This document shows, one piece after another, positions 1 through 9,447 of a DNA stretch of 64,000 nt (positions within the stretch are counted from its first letter, which is position 1; every line of letters starts with the position of its first letter). Under the pieces are notes generated by a model. The model was not told where the DNA came from. It searched no databases and worked only from the letters and a program-made list of their open reading frames with translations. Made by a program: the position numbers and the translations under genes. The DNA comes from a bacterium (GTDB lineage Bacteria; UBA8248), in contig JAJDYR010000018.1 of NCBI GenBank assembly GCA_022825065.1, positions 33,606 through 97,605 on the forward strand. Reading direction: 5' to 3'.

Positions 1-369
1 CGAAGATGGCGCCTTCGTTCACCACTTCGGAGAAGTAGCGCTCCATCTGCTCTTTGGAGGCGATTTGCCCCAGAAAGTCCACGACGGCGCTGTGCATGTT
101 GAACGTGAGGCCCGTGGAAGCGCAGCCTTTCGCAATCTTGGAGAGCACCGTGACGTAGGTGAGAGAATCCGCGCCGATGCCGCCGAATTCCCTGGGTACC
201 ATGAGCGAGAGAAGACCTGCGTCGGCCAGTTCCTGATAGTTCTCGGTCGGAAAGCGCGATTCCTCGTCGATCATCTTCGCGCGCGGCGCGAATTTCTCCT
301 GCGCCAGCGATTCGGCGAGGTCGACCCATTTTTTTGATTCGGCGCCAAGCGCGCCGGCGGAACTGTTCA
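1..369 (-). CDS. Acyl-CoA dehydrogenase, N-terminal part (runs off the window 5' edge; start codon at 369)
   Basis: Reverse-strand translation from ATG at 367-369 gives MNSSAGALGAESKKWVDLAESLAQEKFAPRAKMIDEESRFPTENYQELADAGLLSLMVPREFGGIGAD..., a typical ACAD N-terminal domain. Not in the ORF track because it is truncated by the window edge. Confidence 0.7.
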
Positions 370-413
370 TCAAAAATTTCCTTTTTCTGTTGCTATGACG
401 TTTTTTTCTCTCT

Positions 414-1529
414 TCAGTCGTATTCCGCGAGTGCGGGCAAGGGCTGCTCCAGGGTGATGGGCTCCGTATCTTCCAGCAGCGGCATGATCTCGCGTCCGAA
501 TATCTCCACCTCCTCGACGTGCGGCCAGCCGGAGAGGATGAACGTGTGAACACCCACGTCCACGTATTCCCTGAGCGCCTTGGCGATCATGTCGGGCGTG
601 CCCACCAGCGAAGCGCCCGCGCCCGCTCGGACGGTGTTCACGCCCATCCACAAGGTGTCGGTGATCCAGAGCGACTCGCCCTTCGCCAGTTCGTTGACGC
701 GCGTCTGCCCGGTGCTCTCCGTTTTGGTCTTCATGTCGGACCAGGCCTGCACGTTCGAAATGTCGCTTCCCTCGATGAGCGCTTGCGCGGCTTTTTTCGC
801 CTCCGCCCTGGTCTCCCGGCAAAGGATGTGCATCCGCACGCCGAATTGAATCTTATCCTCGCGGCCGAACTCCGCGGCTCGGCGCCTCATGTCGAGCACG
901 TCTTTGGCGATGGTCTCTACATCCACGGCGTACATCATGTGCACGTCGGAGAATTTCGCCCCCACTTGGCGGCCGGGCTCGGAACTCCCGCCGAGATAGA
1001 TGGGCGGCCAGGGTTTCGAGACGTGGATCGGGAAAAAGGCGGCTTCCCGTATGTCGAAATACTTCCCCTTGTAGGTGACGGGAGCGTCGGCGCTCCAGAT
1101 TCGTGTGACAATTTCGAGAAACTCATCCGTCCTGTCGTAGCGCTCATCGTGTACGAGATGGTCGCCGTAGCGCATCTGCTCCACGTGGCTCGATCCGGTG
1201 ACGACGTTGAGCGTCAGCCGCCCGCCGGTGAGCGCGTCGAGCGTGCTCGCCGTCTGGGCGGCGAATACGGGACTGGTGAGGCCGGGGCGGAACGCCACGC
1301 AGAATTTGATTCTCTCGGTGTGCTGGGCCACGCCCGCGGCCACGAGCCAGGCGTCCATGCAGTGGGTGCCGGTGGGAACCAGAAGGTTCACGAAACCGGC
1401 CCGCTCGGCGGCGCTCGCCACCTGGGAGAGGTACTCGATGGTGGGTTTTCGTTCAGGCACCCTCGTGTTGATCTTGTGGCCGTCACCCGCCCTGGCCGAC
1501 GGGAGAAACCAGGCGTATTCTGTACCCAT
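414..1529 (-). CDS. LLM-class (luciferase-like) flavin-dependent oxidoreductase, copy 1
   Basis: 371-aa ORF. TIM-barrel LLM family hallmarks (GTHCMDAW, LTLNVVTGSS, FILSGWPHVEEVEIFGREIMPLL). ~93% identical to the downstream copy. Confidence 0.85.
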   Translation of the reverse strand: MGTEYAWFLPSARAGDGHKINTRVPERKPTIEYLSQVASAAERAGFVNLLVPTGTHCMDAWLVAAGVAQHTERIKFCVAFRPGLTSPVFAAQTASTLDALTGGRLTLNVVTGSSHVEQMRYGDHLVHDERYDRTDEFLEIVTRIWSADAPVTYKGKYFDIREAAFFPIHVSKPWPPIYLGGSSEPGRQVGAKFSDVHMMYAVDVETIAKDVLDMRRRAAEFGREDKIQFGVRMHILCRETRAEAKKAAQALIEGSDISNVQAWSDMKTKTESTGQTRVNELAKGESLWITDTLWMGVNTVRAGAGASLVGTPDMIAKALREYVDVGVHTFILSGWPHVEEVEIFGREIMPLLEDTEPITLEQPLPALAEYD

Positions 1530-1659
1530 ATGCGAAACCTCTGAGGTGAAAGATGCGCTCAGTATAGCGCGAAATGAACACGCGTGTATTCACTTCGCCC
1601 GATTCTGAAAATACAAACAAGGCGGATGCGCGTCAATCTCAAGAAGAGAGCCGAGAGGT

Positions 1660-1812
1660 TCAGACGGGCATCTGCCTGTCCGGTTGGCGGTGCTGAACCG
1701 CCTCCGCCACGAGCTGGAGAGAGATGTCTTTTCCCCCGGCCAGATCGCTGACGGTCCTCGCTCCTTTCAGCACGCGATGATAGGCGCATGCCGACAGACC
1801 CGGTTTTTCCAC
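1660..1812 (-). pseudogene. Duplicated 3'-end fragment of the ComM/YifB-like ATPase gene (scar of the tandem duplication)
   Basis: DNA at 1660-1812 is near-identical to 3130-3290 (3' end of the intact comM-like gene), with an indel (tctttt-ccccc vs tctctttcccc). It is followed at 1813-1860 by a 48-bp copy of positions 179-228 from the ACAD gene. Confidence 0.5.
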
Positions 1813-1884
1813 CGCTACCGCCGAATTCCCCGGGCACCATGAGGGTGAGAAGACCGGCGTCGGCCTTTCCGTTGCGTCCTATTC

Positions 1885-3000
1885 TTAATCGTATTCCGCG
1901 AGGGCGGGCATGGGAGGCTCCAGGGTGATGGGCTCCGTATCCTCGAGCAGGGGCATGATCTCGCGTCCGAATATCTCCACCTCCTCGACGTGCGGCCAAC
2001 CTGAGAGGATGAACGTGTGAACGCCCACTTCCACGTATTCCTTGAGCGCCTTGGCGATCATGTCCGGCGTTCCCACCAGGCAGGCGCCCGGGCCCGCGCG
2101 AACGGTGTTCACGCCCATCCACAAGGTGTCGGTGATCCAGAGCGACTCGCCCTTCGCCAGTTCGTTGACGCGCGTCTGGCCTATGCTCTCCGATTTGGTC
2201 TTCAAGTCGGCCCAGACCTGCACGTTCGAGATGTCGCTCCCCTCGATGAGTGCTTGCGCGGCTTTTTTCGCCTCCTCTTTTGTCTCCCGGCAGAGGATGT
2301 GCATCCGGACGCCGAATTTTATCTGCTCTTCGCGGCCGACCTCCGCGGCGCGCCGCTTCATGTCGAGCGCGTCCTTGGCAATGGTCTCCACATCTACGGC
2401 GTACATCATGTGCACGTCGGAGAATTTCGCCCCCACCCGGCGGCCGGACTCCGAACTTCCGCCGAGATAGATGGGCGGCCAGGGTTTCGAGACGTGGATC
2501 GGGAAAAAGGCGGCTTCTTTGATGTCGAAATACTTTCCCTTGTAGGTGATGGGAGCGTCAGCGCTCCAGATGCGCGTGACGATCTCCAGAAACTCCTCCG
2601 TCCGGTCGTAGCGCTCATCGTGTGCGAGGTGGTCGCCGTAGCGCATCTGCTCCGCGTGGCTCGAGCCGGTGACGACGTTGAGCGTCAGGCGTCCGCCGGT
2701 GAGCGCGTCGAGCGTGTTCGCCGTCTGGGCGGCGAATACGGGGCTGGTGAGACCCGGTCGGAACGCCACGCAGAATTTGATTCTTTCGGTATGCTGCGCC
2801 ACGCCCGCGGCCACGAGCCAGGCGTCCAGGCAGTGGGTGCCGGTGGGCACCAGAAGGTTCACGAAACCGGCCCGCTCGGCGGCGCTCGCAACGCGCGAGA
2901 GGTACTCGATGGTGGGTTTTCGCTCAGGCACCCTGGTGTTGATCTTTTGGCCGTCACCCGCCCTGGCCGACGGGAGAAACCAGGCGTATTCTGTCCCCAT
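1885..3000 (-). CDS. LLM-class flavin-dependent oxidoreductase, copy 2 (tandem paralog)
   Basis: The ORF-track entry 1885..3087 has an N-terminal extension. The homologous start MGTEYAWF maps to ATG at 3000. Protein is ~93% identical to copy 1. Confidence 0.85.
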   Translation of the reverse strand: MGTEYAWFLPSARAGDGQKINTRVPERKPTIEYLSRVASAAERAGFVNLLVPTGTHCLDAWLVAAGVAQHTERIKFCVAFRPGLTSPVFAAQTANTLDALTGGRLTLNVVTGSSHAEQMRYGDHLAHDERYDRTEEFLEIVTRIWSADAPITYKGKYFDIKEAAFFPIHVSKPWPPIYLGGSSESGRRVGAKFSDVHMMYAVDVETIAKDALDMKRRAAEVGREEQIKFGVRMHILCRETKEEAKKAAQALIEGSDISNVQVWADLKTKSESIGQTRVNELAKGESLWITDTLWMGVNTVRAGPGACLVGTPDMIAKALKEYVEVGVHTFILSGWPHVEEVEIFGREIMPLLEDTEPITLEPPMPALAEYD

Positions 3001-3129
3001 ATCGAAAACCTCTGTGGTGAGAGATGCGCCCAGTATAGCCCAAAATGGAGGAGCATGTATCGGCTGCGCCTGTTTTTGAAAATACAAACAAGGCGAATGC
3101 CCGTCGACCTCAACACAGAGGCCGCGAAG

Positions 3130-4662
3130 TCAGACGGGCATCTGTCTGTCCAGTTGGCGGTACTGAACCGCCTCCGCCACATGCTGGGGGGAGATGTCTC
3201 TTTCCCCGGCCAGATCGCTGATGGTCCGCGCCACTTTCAGCACGCGGTGGTAAGCGCGCGCCGATAGACCCAGTTTCTCCACCGCCAGCTTGAGCAGGCG
3301 TCTTCCCTCGGCTTCGAGCTTGCAGTGCTCGTTGATGAGAGCGGGCCCCATGTGGGCGTTGGCGTAGGTGCCCGGGTGGTTCTGAAAGCGCTCTTTCTGG
3401 ATTTTCTGCGCTGAGAGAACGCGGTTTCTTATCGTCGCGGAACTCTCGCCCTCGGGGTCTTCGGCGAGTTCTTTCCACGGCACCCTGGGTACGCTGATGT
3501 GGATGTCGATGCGATCGAGGATCGGCCCCGAGATGCGCGAGCGGTACCGGGCCACCTGTTTGGGCGTGCAGGTGCATGCGCCGTCCGTTCGCAGGCCGCA
3601 TACGCACGGGTTCATCGCGGCGGTGAGCATGAACCGGGCCGGAAACGAGAGGCTCGCCTGCGCTCTGCTGATGGTGATCTTCCCGTCCTCGAGCGGACCA
3701 CGCAGGGATTCGAGCACGTTTTTCCGGAACTCGGGCAGTTCATCGAGGAACAACACGCCGTTGTGCGCGAGCGAGGCCTCGCCGGGCAGCGGGAGCGCGC
3801 CTCCGCCCACAAGGCCTGCGTCGCTGATGGTGTGGTGCGGGGCGCGGAAGGGTCGTTCCCGGATCAGGGAATCATGTTTCGTGAGTTTGCCGAGCACGCT
3901 CCACACCTGGCTGGTCTCGATGGCCTCATCGAGAGAGAGCGGAGGCAGTATGGTGGGGAATCTTTTCGCCAGCATGCTTTTTCCGCTGCCGGGAGGGCCT
4001 ATCATTAAAAGATTGTGCGAGCCCGCGGCCGCGACCTCGACGGCGCGTTTGGCCTGGTGCTGTCCCCGGATGTCCGAGAAATTGATTCTTTCGACCTTTT
4101 TTTTCTCTATGCCGTTTTTCTGGCAACACGCCGGGTGGATGTCGATTTCCTCCCGGATGAAACCCACCACCTGGGGAAGCGTGTGTACAGGATAGACCTC
4201 TAGCTTATCGACCACGGCGGCCTCGGGTGCGTTCTCCGCCGGAAGGACGAGGCCGCGCTTGCCCATCTTCTTGGCGAGAACGGCGATGTTGAGCGCTCCC
4301 CGGATGGGCCGCAAAGAACCATCCAGCGCCAGTTCACCCAGAAACAGGAGAGAATCCTCCATTTGAGAGCGTGAGTGAAATACGCCGTTCGCGCGCAGTA
4401 TCGAGAGCGCAATGGGCAAATCGAAGGCGCTGCCCTCCTTGCGGACGTCCGCCGGTGAGAGGCTGACGGTGATGCGCCCCATCGGGTAGATGAAGCCCGT
4501 GTTGAGGATGGCTGCACGAATCCTGTCCTTGCTCTCCTTAACGGCGGCGTCGGGCAAACCGACGGTGGCGTAATAGGGGAGACCCGGCGCGAGGTCGACC
4601 TCCACGTCGACGGGGTAGGCGTCTACGCCCAGTACGGCTGCTGCTTGGGTTTTGGCAAGCAT
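3130..4662 (-). CDS. comM: YifB/ComM-family Mg-chelatase-like AAA+ ATPase
   Basis: Walker A motif GPPGSGKS, Mg-chelatase ChlI-like core and C-terminal domain. Likely start is MLAKTQAA at 4662; the track ORF extends to 4695. Confidence 0.85.
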   Translation of the reverse strand: MLAKTQAAAVLGVDAYPVDVEVDLAPGLPYYATVGLPDAAVKESKDRIRAAILNTGFIYPMGRITVSLSPADVRKEGSAFDLPIALSILRANGVFHSRSQMEDSLLFLGELALDGSLRPIRGALNIAVLAKKMGKRGLVLPAENAPEAAVVDKLEVYPVHTLPQVVGFIREEIDIHPACCQKNGIEKKKVERINFSDIRGQHQAKRAVEVAAAGSHNLLMIGPPGSGKSMLAKRFPTILPPLSLDEAIETSQVWSVLGKLTKHDSLIRERPFRAPHHTISDAGLVGGGALPLPGEASLAHNGVLFLDELPEFRKNVLESLRGPLEDGKITISRAQASLSFPARFMLTAAMNPCVCGLRTDGACTCTPKQVARYRSRISGPILDRIDIHISVPRVPWKELAEDPEGESSATIRNRVLSAQKIQKERFQNHPGTYANAHMGPALINEHCKLEAEGRRLLKLAVEKLGLSARAYHRVLKVARTISDLAGERDISPQHVAEAVQYRQLDRQMPV

Positions 4663-4864
4663 GGCAATTCTCCGGGTTGTCTCGTGGAGTAGCAAAGATA
4701 AAGCGAAATATATAACGAAAATATAACGAAATCAACCCCGAATCGGCAATGTTTATGAAATTCTACTTTTAATTCCGGAATTCCGCCGGGAGTGTTTTCG
4801 ATAGGGAAGGGGGGAAGTGAGGGTTTTTAAGTTCGATAATTGCGTCGGCGATGACAGGCGCGGC

Positions 4865-6076
4865 TTATTTCCTGGAAACTTCGGAGCCTGCAGCCATAAC
4901 GACCTTCGATTCGATGAGTGCGTGAATTTGCTCATCCCCATAAAGAAGAAGATCACGGAGGATCGCCTCGGTGTCACCCCCGTGAAGGGGAGCTGGCTCG
5001 GGGTCGGGGTTTCCGCTTCCCGATCGGTTCAAAATGGGGTTGCCCACGATTTTTACCGTTCCGACTTCGGGGTATTCATATTCGCGGATGAGGCGCCTCG
5101 CCTCGACCTGCTCGTTGTCAAGCGCGCGATCGAGCGGGTTCACCGGTGCGGAGGGCACCCCCGCCGCCTCGAAGAGCTCAATCCACTCCTCGCCCGGGCG
5201 AGTCATCAGAATCTCTTCCATGATGGGGAGAAGGACGTCTCTGTTCTCGGAGCGCAGGTCGTTTGTCTTAAAGCGCGGGTCATCCGCCAGTTCATCCATT
5301 CCCATGACCTCGCACATTTTTTTCCAGAAGCGCTCCTCGCGGGGTGAGAGCACAATGTAGATCGTTGCCGTCGGGAATGCCTGGTAGGGCACCATGTACT
5401 CATGGGCGTTGCCGGGCGGCTCCGGTATGTCGCCGTTGTTGAGATACATGGTCGAGATATAGCCGAGCATGGCGAGTTGAACGTCGAACATCGGTACTTC
5501 AAGGTGCGCTCCGCTTCTTCCTTTCGCCTTGGCCAGCAGGCCCGCCATACAGGCGATGGCGGTATAGAGGGCGGTGGAGATATCCGCCGTGGGCGATCCG
5601 TTTCTGGCGGGCGGGCGGTTCGGCTCTCCTGTGATGGCCATGTGGCCGCTTACGGCCTGCTCCACCAGATCGAAGGCGGGTTTATCGCGCCAGGGGCCTT
5701 GTTCCCCGTATCCGCTCGAATCGATAAACACGATATCGGGGTTCCTCTGCTTCATGACGTCGTATCCAAGACCCAGCCGCTTCATCGTGCCGGGCCGGAA
5801 GTTCACCATTACGGCGTCTGATTTCTCCACCAGGTCCAAAAACACTTCCTTGCCCTCGGGTTTTTTCAGGTCGATGACGATGCCCTTCTTTCCCCGGTTG
5901 AAGGTGAGAAAGATGCTTGAAACGGGACCGATGCCCGCGATGGCGGGGTTGCGCCCGATATCGCCTTGTGGAGATTCGACCTTGATGACCTCGGCCCCCA
6001 TGTCGGCGAGGATCATGCTGCCGATGGTTCCGGCGATGACCTGTCCGAGATCGAGGATGCGGTAGCCTGCCAGCAT
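4865..6076 (-). CDS. CoA-transferase family III (CaiB/BaiF-like)
   Basis: MLAGYRILDLGQVIAGTIGSMILADMGAEVIKVE N-terminus is typical of family III CoA-transferases. Start chosen at ATG 6076. Confidence 0.85.
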   Translation of the reverse strand: MLAGYRILDLGQVIAGTIGSMILADMGAEVIKVESPQGDIGRNPAIAGIGPVSSIFLTFNRGKKGIVIDLKKPEGKEVFLDLVEKSDAVMVNFRPGTMKRLGLGYDVMKQRNPDIVFIDSSGYGEQGPWRDKPAFDLVEQAVSGHMAITGEPNRPPARNGSPTADISTALYTAIACMAGLLAKAKGRSGAHLEVPMFDVQLAMLGYISTMYLNNGDIPEPPGNAHEYMVPYQAFPTATIYIVLSPREERFWKKMCEVMGMDELADDPRFKTNDLRSENRDVLLPIMEEILMTRPGEEWIELFEAAGVPSAPVNPLDRALDNEQVEARRLIREYEYPEVGTVKIVGNPILNRSGSGNPDPEPAPLHGGDTEAILRDLLLYGDEQIHALIESKVVMAAGSEVSRK

Positions 6077-6092
6077 TGGAGAAGTCCTTACA

Positions 6093-6524
6093 TTAAGTTC
6101 GGGGAGCGGCCGTCGCCGTTGCCTTGATGAGCACGTCGCCCCGCTGGTTCGCAGCACTTGCTTCGATTTCCACGAGACGCTCGCCCGCTTCTTCGTATTG
6201 CCGCACGACCCTGGCCTTGCAGATCACCATGTCGCCCGGCCACGCCTGTGCGCTGAAGCGAATTTTCAGGTTCTTGAAAGAATCAGGCCCCAGCCATTCA
6301 CTGAGAAGGCGGGCGAGATACCCGCCCTGGAGCATCCCGTGCGCGAAGGGTTTGTCGAACCCCGCCCTGATGGCGTAAATCTCATCGTGGTGGTTGGGGT
6401 TGAAATCTCCGCTGGCGCCCGCGTAGCGTACGAGGTCCGTCCGGGTGATGGGGCCTACAGTCAACTCGTGCTCGGCGCCTTCGGTGAGTTCTTCCCATTT
6501 CGCGTATTCAGTAACAGTCGTCAT
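6093..6524 (-). CDS. MaoC-family hot-dog dehydratase/enoyl-CoA hydratase subunit
   Basis: 143 aa with the MaoC signature region DFNPNHHDEIYAIRAGFDKPFAHGMLQGGYL. Confidence 0.8.
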   Translation of the reverse strand: MTTVTEYAKWEELTEGAEHELTVGPITRTDLVRYAGASGDFNPNHHDEIYAIRAGFDKPFAHGMLQGGYLARLLSEWLGPDSFKNLKIRFSAQAWPGDMVICKARVVRQYEEAGERLVEIEASAANQRGDVLIKATATAAPRT

Positions 6525-6536
6525 ATGAAAGCTCCA

Positions 6537-7004
6537 TCAGGCCTCTTTGGGAGGGGCCGCGGTCTCGATGAGGGTGCGCCTCGCCACCTGAACCAGTTCG
6601 CCCGCCTCGTCCACGAACTTCGTTTCGATGACGACGAAGGTCATCATCCCGCCCCGACGCCCTTCTTTCTCACGGGTGGAGACGATGGCGTTTCTACCCT
6701 TTAGGTTCATGCCGGCGACCAGGGGCTTGTGGTATTCGAATTCCTGCTCCCCGTGGAGACGCCGTTTGGGGTCGTAACCCAGGTGCGGCATGGGGTCGTT
6801 CTCTGGATTTTCGTGCCAGAACTGGCGCACGAACGTAGGCGGCGCGAGCAGGTCGTCAAAGCCCGCAGCACGGGCAGCTTCTAAGTTTGTATGCACAGGG
6901 TCGGTAAGCCCCAGGGCGAGGGCGTATTCTTTGATTTTGCCTCGCTCGACCCGGAACTCGAACTCGGGGAATGTTCTCTCCAGTACACTTTTATCCAACG
7001 GCAT
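6537..7004 (-). CDS. MaoC-like/FAS1-like hot-dog dehydratase N-terminal-type subunit
   Basis: 155-aa hot-dog fold protein immediately upstream of the MaoC subunit. Together they look like a split two-subunit (R)-hydratase. Confidence 0.7.
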   Translation of the reverse strand: MPLDKSVLERTFPEFEFRVERGKIKEYALALGLTDPVHTNLEAARAAGFDDLLAPPTFVRQFWHENPENDPMPHLGYDPKRRLHGEQEFEYHKPLVAGMNLKGRNAIVSTREKEGRRGGMMTFVVIETKFVDEAGELVQVARRTLIETAAPPKEA

Positions 7005-7097
7005 GAAGTCGGTTCCTCATGAAAATCACTTTATCGTTCGGGTAGTCTTTAGTTTCGGCTCTTTAGGAGGAATCATCAAGTATTCTCGGCGAGATTC

Positions 7098-8240
7098 CTA
7101 CAGCCCCAGCGCCTTGGCGATGATGTTTCTTTGCACCTCGCTCGTGCCCGCGCCGATGGTGGCCAGCCGCGCGTCGCGGTAGTGGCGCTCCATGGCGTAT
7201 TCTCCGCTGTAGCCGTACCCGCCCATCACCTGCACCCCCAGGTCGGCCACCCGCTTGTAGGCTTCGCCTGCGTATAGTTTGAGCGTCGCCGCTTCGATTC
7301 GCCCCGCCTTTCCCTGTGATACCAGCCAGGCGAACCGGTAGACCTGCAGCCTCGCCGTATCGACGAGCATGTGCATCTCGGTGAGCATGTGGCTCACGGC
7401 CTGGAACTTGCCGATGGGGCGGCCGAACTGCTTTCTCTCCTTTGCGTGATTGAGAGCCAGTTCGAGCGCAGCCGCCGCAGCCCCTGTGCGCGCAGCGGAG
7501 AGGCACAGGCGCTCGGTGGTGATGTAGGCCATGAGGCCCTGCCAGCCGTCTCCCACTTCTCCCAGAACGTCGGCTTCGCTGGCCTCCACGGCGTCATAAT
7601 GCACAACGCAGGTGCCCATCGCGCGGTGTCCGAGCAAGTCGAGCTTCGACCAGGTGACGCCCTCGGCGTCGGCGGGGATGATGAAGTTCGTGATGCCCTC
7701 GTGTTTGGCGCCTGAATTGTCCGTTCGCGCGGCGACGAGGATGTGCGTGGCCGTCGGCATACCGGAGGTGAAGTTTTTGGTGCCCGTGAGGCGGAAGCGG
7801 TCTTCTTCCCGGTCCGCGCGGGCGATGATGGCCGCAGCGTCGGAACCGGCGTCCGGTTCGGTGAGACTGAACGCGAAATACTTCGTCCCCTGGATGGTGG
7901 CGGGAATAAAATCTTTTTTCTGAGCGTCCGTTCCGCTGGCGAGGAGGGCGTCCACACCGTAGCAGACGTTTCTGAAGATCATCGTGGCGAGGTCCAGGTA
8001 GTGCATGCCCGCGGTTTCGAGGACGAGGGCCAAATCCAGCGCGTCGCCCCCCATGCCGCCGTACTCTTCGGGCGTGGATACGCCTATCCATCCGTCATCC
8101 GCCAGGGCCTTGTACGCTTCCACGGGGGCTTCGCCCTTCTTGTCGCAATCCATCGCGTATTCAGGGGGGCAAACCCGCTCTAAAAGTTCATGCAGCGTGC
8201 GGCGCATGAGTTCCTGGCGCTCGTTGAAGGCGAAATCCAA
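7098..8240 (-). CDS. Acyl-CoA dehydrogenase
   Basis: 380 aa with ACAD N, middle and C domains (FAFSLTEPDAGSD, GGYGYSGEYAMERHYRDARLATIGAGTSEVQRNIIA). Confidence 0.9.
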   Translation of the reverse strand: MDFAFNERQELMRRTLHELLERVCPPEYAMDCDKKGEAPVEAYKALADDGWIGVSTPEEYGGMGGDALDLALVLETAGMHYLDLATMIFRNVCYGVDALLASGTDAQKKDFIPATIQGTKYFAFSLTEPDAGSDAAAIIARADREEDRFRLTGTKNFTSGMPTATHILVAARTDNSGAKHEGITNFIIPADAEGVTWSKLDLLGHRAMGTCVVHYDAVEASEADVLGEVGDGWQGLMAYITTERLCLSAARTGAAAAALELALNHAKERKQFGRPIGKFQAVSHMLTEMHMLVDTARLQVYRFAWLVSQGKAGRIEAATLKLYAGEAYKRVADLGVQVMGGYGYSGEYAMERHYRDARLATIGAGTSEVQRNIIAKALGL

Positions 8241-8346
8241 ACCGGTGAACCTCAGTCGTCAAGGGGGTTTCATGATTCCGGGAGGCGATTGAACACCGCC
8301 ACGCTCGAAAAATCAAGCCGTATGCGGAATCGGCTCGAGATAGCCC

Positions 8347-9315
8347 TCAGCCCAGGACTTCGGGGTTGTGGATGTTTATCGGCTGCCCGTCGGCGAATGC
8401 GTTGATTTGATCGAAAGCGATACCGAAATACCTCTCGAACGTGCCGCGCGTGACGTAGCCCAGATGCGGTGTGCAAACTGCGTTCTCCATATTTATGAGC
8501 GGGTGTTCGGCCCCTCGAACCGGCTCTTTTCCATACACGTCCACGGCGGCGAAGCCGGGCCTTCCCGCCTTGAGCGCCGCTTCGAGCGCGCCTTCTTCTA
8601 TCAGCCCGGCGCGGCTGGTGTTCACCAAAAGGGCGCTCGGCTTCATAAGGCTCAAATCCTTCGCCGTCACGATGCCCCTCGTCTGAGGGATCAGGCGGAT
8701 GTGGAGGCTCACGATGTCGGACTCCGCGAATAGCGCTTCTTTGCTGTCCGCCATCGGGATGCCGTCCGTACGAGCGCGCTCGGCGGAGCCCTCTCTCCCG
8801 TAGGCGATGACGTTCATGCCGAACGCTTTTCCCACGGCGGCCACCTGGCTGCCGATGTTTCCGTAGGAATACACGCCGAGCGTTTTGCCGTAGAGATCCT
8901 CGCCCAGTGTCGTTTGCCAGCCGCCTTCCGCCAGATTCTGGATCTCCCGGGGGATGGAGCGCATGGCGCAGTGGATGAGGCCCCAGGTGAGTTCACACGT
9001 GGAATGCGTACCGGTTCCCCCTGCGGCTACGGCCACCTTGTGGCGCGTGCAGGCTTCCAGGTCGACGTGCCCGCCGAAGCCGGCTCCCGTCTGACTCACG
9101 ATTTTGAGATTGGGGAGTCTTGCGAGCAGTGCTTCGGTGATATGAGTGCGTTCCCTGATCAGGACGACGGCTTCTGCGTCCCGGAACCGCTCTGCAAGCG
9201 CGTCGACCTCATCGAGCGTGTCGTTGTGGATGGTGACGTCGTGCCCCGCCATCTTGGAGAAACACTCGAGGTGTCGGATGCAGTCTTGATAATCGTCTGA
9301 AATCACGACTTTCAT
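8347..9315 (-). CDS. D-isomer-specific 2-hydroxyacid dehydrogenase (PGDH-like)
   Basis: 322 aa with NAD-binding GxGxIG (GVYSYGNIGSQVA) and the catalytic region of D-2-hydroxyacid dehydrogenases. Confidence 0.85.
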   Translation of the reverse strand: MKVVISDDYQDCIRHLECFSKMAGHDVTIHNDTLDEVDALAERFRDAEAVVLIRERTHITEALLARLPNLKIVSQTGAGFGGHVDLEACTRHKVAVAAGGTGTHSTCELTWGLIHCAMRSIPREIQNLAEGGWQTTLGEDLYGKTLGVYSYGNIGSQVAAVGKAFGMNVIAYGREGSAERARTDGIPMADSKEALFAESDIVSLHIRLIPQTRGIVTAKDLSLMKPSALLVNTSRAGLIEEGALEAALKAGRPGFAAVDVYGKEPVRGAEHPLINMENAVCTPHLGYVTRGTFERYFGIAFDQINAFADGQPINIHNPEVLG

Positions 9316-9447
9316 TCAGGAGTCCTTTCTGGCGCATTCATTGGAAACGGGGGAAAGACAACAGTTTTTTGTTAATCATCTGAAGATGTATTATTATCCC
9401 CCCGGACGGGAATTTTCCCAAGCCGCGTCCAGGTTTCAGGAGAGATA

